Positions 17,404 to 24,088 of a DNA stretch of 32,000 nucleotides are shown here, piece after piece. The DNA lies in assembly GCF_000018105.1 (NCBI RefSeq), contig NC_009925.1, forward strand, positions 5,340,001 through 5,372,000, given 5' to 3'. The notes beneath the pieces are model-generated. The model worked only from the letters and a program-made list of their open reading frames with translations. It made no database searches and was not told the DNA's origin. A program made the translations under genes and the position numbers. Numbering within the stretch: the first letter of the stretch is position 1; each line of letters opens with the position of its first letter. Origin of the DNA: Acaryochloris marina MBIC11017. Its GTDB lineage: Bacteria > Cyanobacteriota > Cyanobacteriia > Thermosynechococcales > Thermosynechococcaceae.

Positions 17404-17970
17404 TTACCAACTGCCTCCGGCACCACCGCCACCACTGCCGCCTCCAAATCCTCCACCGCCAAAAGATTCCCCCCCGCTATCGGCAATAGTGTCAGGGGAT
17501 GGGTCTGACTTGGGGCTCTGAATGGTTTCGTCATATTCCTGGACATAGTCACAACAAGCACATTGCTCAACGATATGAACGGTTCCTGATTGATCTGGCG
17601 TGGCTTTTTCCAGTACTTCTGAACGGCATTGGACGGTTAATTCTTGGCAATTTGGGCAGGTTCGAAACGATTCAGGTCTCCATCGGTAGACTCGAATATG
17701 GATTCTCTCCGACCCGTCTTTGGGGCAAGAGTTTGGGCATTGCCAACCTGCAAATTTCAAGCTTCCTATTGTCTGAGCCACTTTTTCCGCTGGCGTTAGA
17801 TGAGCAGAGAGTTGTTCTGGTGGCATTGGGCGTAAGTACTTCTGACACTCAGCACAAACAACTACTTTTCCAGAGTTAGAGCTATAAGCCTCACTCGCTA
17901 CCCGTGAGCGCTGTCCGGGTTGAAGGACGACCCTTTTCGGTTTGCTCAACGTCCACATGCCTCCCCCCAA
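17404..17970 (-). CDS. C-terminal half of a TPM-family membrane protein: basic juxtamembrane segment, Cys-rich module, Gly-rich tail ending GGSW
   Basis: Colinear with residues about 235-438 of the intact paralog at 20317-21588 (QPGQRSRV, CAEC, GSLKFAGWQCP, CPNC, CACC, GGGGAGGSW). Its stop codon is 6 nt from the lemA ATG. Confidence 0.7.
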   Translation of the reverse strand: MGGGMWTLSKPKRVVLQPGQRSRVASEAYSSNSGKVVVCAECQKYLRPMPPEQLSAHLTPAEKVAQTIGSLKFAGWQCPNSCPKDGSERIHIRVYRWRPESFRTCPNCQELTVQCRSEVLEKATPDQSGTVHIVEQCACCDYVQEYDETIQSPKSDPSPDTIADSGGESFGGGGFGGGSGGGGAGGSW

Positions 17971-18074
17971 CAGACCTAGTCCTAGATTTTGAAGATAATC
18001 CGGCAGTTATACAAGATTGGTCATCAATCGGATAGTGTCAGAGAAACCCTCTTCACAAGATATGATTTCTGCCA

Positions 18075-18611
18075 ATGCCAACTCCCAAAGCTTCTCCAAT
18101 CGAACTATCGCAGCAACAACACCATTGTTTGACCCAAATCGTGCGACAAACCACCAATCCTTATCGCTTGGTACGTCGAGCAAGCATCATCCTATCAGCC
18201 GCCTCAGGCGAAAGTAACACCCAGATTAGCCGTCAATGGCAACTCGACCGCAACCAAGTTCGCTATTGGCGTCAGCGCTGGCTTGATAATCAAGAGCGTC
18301 TTGCCCTTTGTGAGCAGGTAGACGACAGCGAAACAGAATTGCACCAGCAAGTGTTGGAGGCTTTAACAGATGCCCCGCGTCCAGGTGTCCCACCCACCTT
18401 TACCCCAGAGCAGGTGATCCAAATTGTGGCTATTGCCTGTGAATCTCCCCAGGACTCAGCCCGACCTGTGAGTCAATGGACACCTGAAGAGATTGCTGAT
18501 GAAGCGATTAAACGCGGCATCGTCCCTCACCTGTCGGCCAGCAGTGTGAGACGTTTTTTGGGGAGAGGCTCAGCTGCAGCCCCATCGGAGTCGCTATTGG
18601 CTCAATGCTAA
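18075..18611 (+). CDS. IS630-family transposase ORF1 (HTH part)
   Basis: 178-aa ORF. The frame breaks at TTTTTTGGGGAGAGG (about 18554-18568). Confidence 0.8.
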   Translation: MPTPKASPIELSQQQHHCLTQIVRQTTNPYRLVRRASIILSAASGESNTQISRQWQLDRNQVRYWRQRWLDNQERLALCEQVDDSETELHQQVLEALTDAPRPGVPPTFTPEQVIQIVAIACESPQDSARPVSQWTPEEIADEAIKRGIVPHLSASSVRRFLGRGSAAAPSESLLAQC

Positions 18612-18627
18612 CCCTGAGGACCCAGAG

Positions 18628-19323
18628 GTGTTCGAGGCGAAAGTGCGTCAGATTTGTCAACTGTATGACTCAGCAGCTGAATTGGCAGCTCAACAGATTC
18701 ACCTTGTCAGTACGGATGAAATGACGGGCATTCAAGCGCTTGAACGACTATACCTAGACCAAGCCATGAAACCAGGGCAACCACGTCGCTTGGAATTTGA
18801 ATATAAACGGCACGGTACCCTCAGTTTGATTGCCAACTGGCACGTGGCTCTGGGAAAGGTGATTGCGCCTTCTATCGGACCCACTCGAAAAGAGTTTGAC
18901 TTTGCCAATCATATTGCCAATACCGTTGAAACAGCACCGGACGATGGATGGATTTTTCTACTCGACCAACTCAATACCCATCGCTCTGCTTCCTTGGTGC
19001 GATGGGTTGCTGCTTGTTGCGGTATGGATTCAGAGTTAGGTGTTAAAGGTCAATCCGGTATTCTCAAATCGATGGAGACTCGCACAGCTTTCTTGAGCGA
19101 CCCCAGCCATCGGATCCGATTTGTTTATATCCCCAAACATACCTCCTGGCTCAATCAGATTGAATGCTGGTTTAGTATTTTGGTGCGTCGATTGATTCGT
19201 CGAGGCAATTTCACCTCCAAGGATGATTTGCAACAGCGCATCCTCGAATTTATTGAGTATTTCAATCACACGATGGCCAAACCTTTCCAATGGCAATTTA
19301 AGGGATTCCAACCTCGACTATAG
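18628..19323 (+). CDS. IS630-family transposase ORF2 (DDE part, +1 frame)
   Basis: Carries STDEMTGIQ, LLDQLNTH and SWLNQIECWF motifs. The frame is open from 18565 (EAQLQPHRSRYWLNANPEDPEVFEAKV). Confidence 0.8.
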   Translation: MFEAKVRQICQLYDSAAELAAQQIHLVSTDEMTGIQALERLYLDQAMKPGQPRRLEFEYKRHGTLSLIANWHVALGKVIAPSIGPTRKEFDFANHIANTVETAPDDGWIFLLDQLNTHRSASLVRWVAACCGMDSELGVKGQSGILKSMETRTAFLSDPSHRIRFVYIPKHTSWLNQIECWFSILVRRLIRRGNFTSKDDLQQRILEFIEYFNHTMAKPFQWQFKGFQPRL

Positions 19324-19981
19324 CTGATGAACTATTTACAGATCTCTGCACTAGAACGAATACGAATGGCATCCAAGTCCAATAGTTGGTATCAAGGGGG
19401 ACAAAGGAGACCGACTCAAGCTTGGCAACGATAGCCTGAGTCCCGCTAATGGTTCCCTGATCATAGGAATGGGGATTGGGGCTTTTTACCAGCCCCTGCT
19501 GACGAAAATCGTCCTCTATCTCTCTGAAGGCAGGCAGAATCTGTTGATCAATAATCTGTTGAATGGTTTCATCGGGTAAATGGGTTTGGATACCTTGCCC
19601 GGTCTCAATTTCAACACGATGATCGTTGACAGATATCAACAGTAGCAAGCCATTCTCCAATCCTTTTTTGCCAATTCCCCAATGATTGAACAAACGGGCT
19701 GCAAAGGTTTTGGGGGAGTCTGATGGCAAGGTATCCAGAACAGTAACAACTGCAATTTCACTGCCATTTTTGGTTTCCAACCCAGAAATGATCTGATTGA
19801 GTTGGCTTTCCGCTGCAGGAGATAGGATCTCGGCAGTATCGCTGACCCATCCTTGATTGAGCTGGCGGGGGTTAGGAACTTGTTGATAAGGGACTGCCCA
19901 AGCTGCAAGGGGCCCGCTAACAAACACTAGGACCACTGCAACACACCACAACTTTCCAAGGATGAGTTTTGTTGCTTTCAT
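19298..19981 (-). CDS. TPM-domain protein N-terminal half (signal peptide plus TPM domain), interrupted by IS630 copy 2
   Basis: ATG at 19981 has AGGAG upstream. MKATKLILGKLWCVAVVLVFVSGPLAAWA looks like a signal peptide. The TPM-like core is GWVSDTAEILSPAAESQLNQIISGLETKNGSEIAVVTV...LLLLISVNDHRVEIETG. The last 13 codons and the stop are IS-derived. Confidence 0.7.
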   Translation of the reverse strand: MKATKLILGKLWCVAVVLVFVSGPLAAWAVPYQQVPNPRQLNQGWVSDTAEILSPAAESQLNQIISGLETKNGSEIAVVTVLDTLPSDSPKTFAARLFNHWGIGKKGLENGLLLLISVNDHRVEIETGQGIQTHLPDETIQQIIDQQILPAFREIEDDFRQQGLVKSPNPHSYDQGTISGTQAIVAKLESVSFVPLDTNYWTWMPFVFVLVQRSVNSSSAIVEVGIP

Positions 19982-20008
19982 AGGGAATACTCCTACACTG
20001 AAGACGAC

Positions 20009-20275
20009 AAACTTCACACTTCCTAGTTTCTGAGCGGCAAGTTCGATTGTTGTGAGGTGAGGTAAGAGTCTTGCAGAATCAACTTTCTCTAGTTTTTGTT
20101 GACAGTATATGCAGCGTGGCGTTAGGTTTCCTAATTCCTTGCTGTATTCTGGTCGAGGAACTCGAGATCGCTGACCTGGCTCAGGTCTTACGCCTTTTTT
20201 CCGATTGATAAAAGTACTCAATATACCCATCAGTCCAACACCGCTTCCAATCGACTTCATCCAAGAAAATTGAAA
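20009..20275 (-). pseudogene. internal fragment of a third TPM-family paralog (TM helix to GSVKF only)
   Basis: FQFSWMKSIGSGVGLMGILSTFINRKKGVRPEPGQRSRV...CIYC...AAQKLGSVKF aligns with residues about 216-305 of the intact paralog. It lacks the TPM domain and the rest of the Cys module. It is fused in frame to the 5' region of the next gene. Confidence 0.65.
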
Positions 20276-20316
20276 TTATTTTGGGAATTGTAGGTAGGCA
20301 ACGGTTGATCCACTTT

Positions 20317-21588
20317 CTACCAACTGCCACCTGCACCACCGCCCCCACTATCGCCCGCACCAAAACTACCGCCGCCGCCGCCAGAGTCTCCGCCGAAGCC
20401 CCCGCCAAAACCGCCACCATAATTTTCCCCCCAAAGGTTATCCGAACCACTTCTATGCTTTGAAGCGCTAGCAAGTTTTAGGGGAGGGCTTTTTTCTTCG
20501 TATTCTTTGACATAGCCACAACATTCACAGGTATCTGTGACATAGTTTTTCCCAGGCTGATCATCTGTCGCTGATTCCAGAACCTCAAAGGAACGTGAGA
20601 CTGTAAACTCTTTGCATTCAGGACATTCGCGGAATGAAATGGGATTCCAAATATAGGCCCGAACATGGATATTCTTGGAGGCATCTTCTGGGGAAGATGT
20701 TGGGCATTGCCAACCGATAAATTTGACGCTGCCCAGCTTTTGAGCTACTTTTTCTGTCTCGGTTAGATGGACCGACAGATCTTTTGAGGCTATTTTGTGG
20801 AGTGCTTGTTTGCAATGGGCACAGCGTGGCACTCGCCCATCCAAATCGTAGCTGTACTTCTCTCGAGATACCCGTGAACGCTTCCCTGGACGCAGGACGG
20901 CACCTTTTTTCTTCAAACTATACATGAGGAAGCCCAAGACACCCCAAACTCCGCCAACACTCAAGATCCCCCACAACCAAGAGAAATCAGGCTCAGTATC
21001 GTAGATTGTCCTAACTGGCTGACGGTTGATTGGACTAGACTCGGGGAGAGATGTGTCGGCGCTGAGGTGTTGGATCAGAAGCTGTGTACCGGTGGTCGCT
21101 CCCTGGTCAAAGTTGCCAGTTTTGAATTTGGGCAGAATGTGATCATCAATAATTTGTCCGACTTTGGCATCGGGCAAAATGGCTTCAACTCCATAGCCTG
21201 TTTCAATCTCGACTCGGCGATCTCCTTTGGAAATCAGGAACAAAACACCACTATCCTGCCCTTCTTTGCCAATTCCCCAATGGTTAAACAAGCTAGTCGC
21301 AAAGACTTTGGGTGTAGCGGATGGGGATGTATCTGGCACAGTGACCACGGCAATTTCACTGCCGTTTTCAGCTTCCAGTTGGGTGATGAGTTGGTTGAGT
21401 TGGGTTTCAGTTTCTGGACTGAGGACATTGGCCATGTCCGTTACCCAGCCTCGAGTTTGTTGGCGAGGATTGGGGACTTGTTTGTAGGGGACGGCCCAGA
21501 CAGTGAGGGGAAGAGTTGTGATACCAGCAAGGCATATTGCAGTCCCAAGGCTAATACTTGTATGAATGCTGAGATATGACGCTTTCAT
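20317..21588 (-). CDS. TPM-domain membrane protein with cytosolic Cys-rich (zinc-ribbon-like) module and Gly-rich GGSW tail (intact copy)
   Basis: ATG at 21588 with GGAG about 10 nt upstream, then a signal peptide. TPM core is GWVTDMANVLSPETETQLNQLITQLEAENGSEIAVVTV...VLFLISKGDRRVEIETG, followed by TM helix WLWGILSVGGVWGVLGFLMYSL and KKKGAVLRPGKRSRV. Cysteine motifs are CAHC, WQCP, CPEC and CECC. The Gly tail ends GGGGAGGSW. Confidence 0.85.
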   Translation of the reverse strand: MKASYLSIHTSISLGTAICLAGITTLPLTVWAVPYKQVPNPRQQTRGWVTDMANVLSPETETQLNQLITQLEAENGSEIAVVTVPDTSPSATPKVFATSLFNHWGIGKEGQDSGVLFLISKGDRRVEIETGYGVEAILPDAKVGQIIDDHILPKFKTGNFDQGATTGTQLLIQHLSADTSLPESSPINRQPVRTIYDTEPDFSWLWGILSVGGVWGVLGFLMYSLKKKGAVLRPGKRSRVSREKYSYDLDGRVPRCAHCKQALHKIASKDLSVHLTETEKVAQKLGSVKFIGWQCPTSSPEDASKNIHVRAYIWNPISFRECPECKEFTVSRSFEVLESATDDQPGKNYVTDTCECCGYVKEYEEKSPPLKLASASKHRSGSDNLWGENYGGGFGGGFGGDSGGGGGSFGAGDSGGGGAGGSW

Positions 21589-21653
21589 TCTGGATGCTCC
21601 TGAACTGGATAAAGAGTTAAAGATCTCCCCCAAAAAGACTAAAAGTGGTTTAC

Positions 21654-22160
21654 CTATTTACCTCTGTCGCCTCTACTGAAATCATTTGAGTCGCTATAGT
21701 TACTGGAATTGCTGCGAAGGCTATCTGAATCCTTACTGCTATGACTATGGTTATTTCTGCTGTTAAGACTCATCTTCACCCGTCTGATGATGCCGAGGGC
21801 AAAACCGAAGAAGAAGAGTGAGGGAAGCCATGCCCAAGGAGGCTTTGTGGCAGAGCGGGGGGTACGATTTGTTGAAGTTGAATATGGGGTGGTGTCAGCT
21901 CTAAGGTGAGACTCTAGAGTAGGCTGTGAGACTGTTGTGAGAAAAACGACTGCAGAGGGAGTGGAGAGTGCTGACGAGGGAGCTTTGCTGATTGCAAACT
22001 GATGGGGTGTTGCTGATGGGACAACCTTGGGAGTATGCCAACTAGGTTTGGGTATACCTTCAATGGTGGTGGTGGAATTGATGACAATGCCCGTGCTGGT
22101 TATCGCGATTCCAGTCCCAAAGCCGATGGCCTGGCAAGTTCTAAACCGTATTGTTCTCAT
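21654..22160 (-). CDS. small secreted/TM protein, Ser/Thr/Pro-rich, paralog of 22305-22841
   Basis: Hydrophobic N-terminus, low-complexity exodomain, TM helix PWAWLPSLFFFGFALGII and a Ser/Asn/Asp tail (NYSDSNDF). Confidence 0.6.
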   Translation of the reverse strand: MRTIRFRTCQAIGFGTGIAITSTGIVINSTTTIEGIPKPSWHTPKVVPSATPHQFAISKAPSSALSTPSAVVFLTTVSQPTLESHLRADTTPYSTSTNRTPRSATKPPWAWLPSLFFFGFALGIIRRVKMSLNSRNNHSHSSKDSDSLRSNSSNYSDSNDFSRGDRGK

Positions 22161-22304
22161 GTGAGATTCTCGTTAAATCAATCAGGAACAAGTTCCCTGG
22201 AGTAGTGAAAACGTGGTTTTTGAACTAGGAAAAAGCGTGGGCAGGAAACGGCTCAATCCCCTTCTGCTCCCTAATGGGAACATTGAGCTGACAGGGAGGA
22301 CGAC

Positions 22305-22841
22305 TTACCAATCTCCACCACCGCCGCCACCGTCACTGCTTCCACCACCGAAATCGCTACTATCGCTATAGTTCCCATAATCGCTAGGGTTGCTAGAATC
22401 GCTGCTTCTGTCGTGGCTCTCAAAATCGAACCAGTTGTTGCTACTCCCTTGGTTGCCACTGGACAGATTAGTTAGAAATCGCCAAAGAACAAAGCCACTA
22501 AAGCCTAGAATGCCGATCAGCCAAATCCAGTCAGAAGAAGGTTGACTGGACGAGCGGGGTTGGCGACGCTCCGAGTTTGATGCCACCGCAATCGATTGGC
22601 CGAAGGGGAAATTGGAAAAGGGAGGCGTTTTCTGGGAAACATTTCTTTGAGATAATCCCGTAGCCAAAATTGCCGATGTCGGGATGAGTGCTGAATCATA
22701 AACAATACCGATAGGTGGTGTATTGTCCCCTTTTCTTTCTAGAACTGGATCCAACTGAAGAGGCATTGAAACTCCCTGGTGGACTGACGCTGAAGTATAT
22801 AAAGGCACAGCTGCAATCACAACACCAATTCCAATCCCCAT
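22305..22841 (-). CDS. small secreted/TM protein with Ser/Asp/Gly tail ending GGGGGGDW
   Basis: Signal-like N-terminus MGIGIGVVIAAVPLYTSA, TM helix DWIWLIGILGFSGFVLW, and tail NYSDSSDFGGGSSDGGGGGGDW. Confidence 0.65.
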   Translation of the reverse strand: MGIGIGVVIAAVPLYTSASVHQGVSMPLQLDPVLERKGDNTPPIGIVYDSALIPTSAILATGLSQRNVSQKTPPFSNFPFGQSIAVASNSERRQPRSSSQPSSDWIWLIGILGFSGFVLWRFLTNLSSGNQGSSNNWFDFESHDRSSDSSNPSDYGNYSDSSDFGGGSSDGGGGGGDW

Positions 22842-22920
22842 AACTTTTTAGGAGATATACTGGATAGATTTCATCCGGAAATCCTCTGGTAACAAAATCA
22901 ATAACTGAGCTAACGGAGCC

Positions 22921-23700
22921 CTAAGATTGGTGACGTTGGAATGTGTGCAGATTATTTTGGCTAGACAGGACCAGACCTATGGCCTGCTCGTATTGGCTAA
23001 CCATAAGTGTGGGGTGAAATAAGGTTTCTACATGGTGACGGCAGTCGGCCCGATTGAGCTGGAGGGCCGCTGAGATTTTCTTTACAAACTCATTAATTGT
23101 GGAGCAGATAAATCCAGACTTACCATCTGCGATTACTTCGGGAATTACCCCGCAGTTCATGCCAATAACGGGGGTGCCGCAGGCCATCGATTCCAGCATC
23201 ACTAGGCCAAAAGGTTTATCCCAAATGATGGGAAAAACGGTGACGGCTGCCTTGGCAAGCAGATCTGCTTTTTGGGCATGGTTGACGTCTCCCAGATACT
23301 GAATGCGTTGACCATCAATGTGAGGTTTGATCTGATGATCGAAAAACTCTTGCTCAGATGGGTGAATTTTTCCTGCCATTTTTAGAGGTAACCCAGCATG
23401 TAGGGCAATTGCGATCGCAAACTGTGGACCGGTCTCTGGTGCCATCCGCCCGATAAAGGCAATGTAAGGCGGAGTCTGGCATTCAGCCGCAAAGGGATAT
23501 CGTGATAAGTCAAGGGTGTTGTGAATCGTATCACTGTAATTGAGGTGGAGCATCGTTTGTTTCTGGGCCTCGCTAATGTTGATCACAGGAAGTTGAGGAC
23601 AGGGTGCAAAAAGTGAGGGGTTACTGACCTGATGTCCTTGCTGGACTAGGCCGTCTGTCAGCACGTGGATGACACGTTCAAGACCGCCATGCCTGGGCAA
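22921..23700 (-). CDS. GT4-family (GT-B) glycosyltransferase, probable pseudogene (5' frameshift and shortened N-domain)
   Basis: The C-terminal domain is intact-looking (FIGRMAPETG, FPIIWDKPFGLVMLESMACGTPVIG, EVIADGKSGF). The N-domain has only about 55 aa between GHQV and the C-domain. The SD-preceded ATG at 23734 is in another frame. Confidence 0.7.
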   Translation of the reverse strand: MPRHGGLERVIHVLTDGLVQQGHQVSNPSLFAPCPQLPVINISEAQKQTMLHLNYSDTIHNTLDLSRYPFAAECQTPPYIAFIGRMAPETGPQFAIAIALHAGLPLKMAGKIHPSEQEFFDHQIKPHIDGQRIQYLGDVNHAQKADLLAKAAVTVFPIIWDKPFGLVMLESMACGTPVIGMNCGVIPEVIADGKSGFICSTINEFVKKISAALQLNRADCRHHVETLFHPTLMVSQYEQAIGLVLSSQNNLHTFQRHQS

Positions 23701-23813
23701 TATGGAGGGGGCTTGTTTTGAAGTGAGGGTGCATAAATCGCTCCTCTTGATGCGATAGAGAAGGGACTGAAAGGTGGGTGTATAAGGTTATGGAACGCTG
23801 TTTCAATCCCGTC

Positions 23814-24079
23814 CTCACATAAGATATCTCTTTTATGTGAGATTTGCCAATGATTTTTCTCACATGAGGTTACTCTAGTTGATCATGAATAGAGTCTTTG
23901 TCTGTCCAAGGGTAGAGATAGATAGCTTGATAAATTTGAGTTTAGGAGCATAGACTTACTCCATCTCCTTTAAAGACCTAAACATAAAGGAGGTAAAGGG
24001 ATGCTCACATAATTGAGATTTGCCTCATATAAAAGTTGTGAATTAGAGATAGAATGAGGAAGATCATTATTTATGTGAG
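23814..24079. promoter_or_regulatory. divergent intergenic region with four copies of the 9-mer CTCACATAA/TTATGTGAG arranged as two inverted pairs
   Basis: CTCACATAA lies at 23814-23822 and 24004-24012. TTATGTGAG lies at 23833-23841 and 24071-24079. CTCACATGA lies at 23859-23867. TGAGATTTGCC is repeated at 23838-23848 and 24014-24024. Confidence 0.4.
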
Positions 24080-24088
24080 TTTATTGGA

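Larger units (their letters stand above)
18012..19336 (+). mobile_element. IS630-family insertion sequence (copy 2, unrelated in sequence to copy 1)
   Basis: Gapped, imperfect terminal inverted repeats share TCATCA, ATAGT and GAAACCCT/GAATCCCT blocks. TA is present at both ends (18010-18011 and 19337-19338). The element encloses a two-ORF transposase. Confidence 0.7.

Noticed and set aside
17382-17879. ORFs on either strand overlapping the Gly-tail and Cys-module region (17382-17570 and 17499-17879). Similar ORFs occur at 20181-20474, 20281-20463 and 22271-22459.
   Set aside because: These are off-frame or antisense readings of GC-rich GGN repeat DNA. The frames colinear with the intact TPM paralog explain the sequence.
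23678-23863. A 61-aa minus-strand ORF upstream of the GT4 gene.
   Set aside because: Only its last 18 codons, from the SD-preceded ATG at 23734, make sense, as the displaced 5' end of the GT4 gene. The rest reads through the repeat-containing intergenic region.
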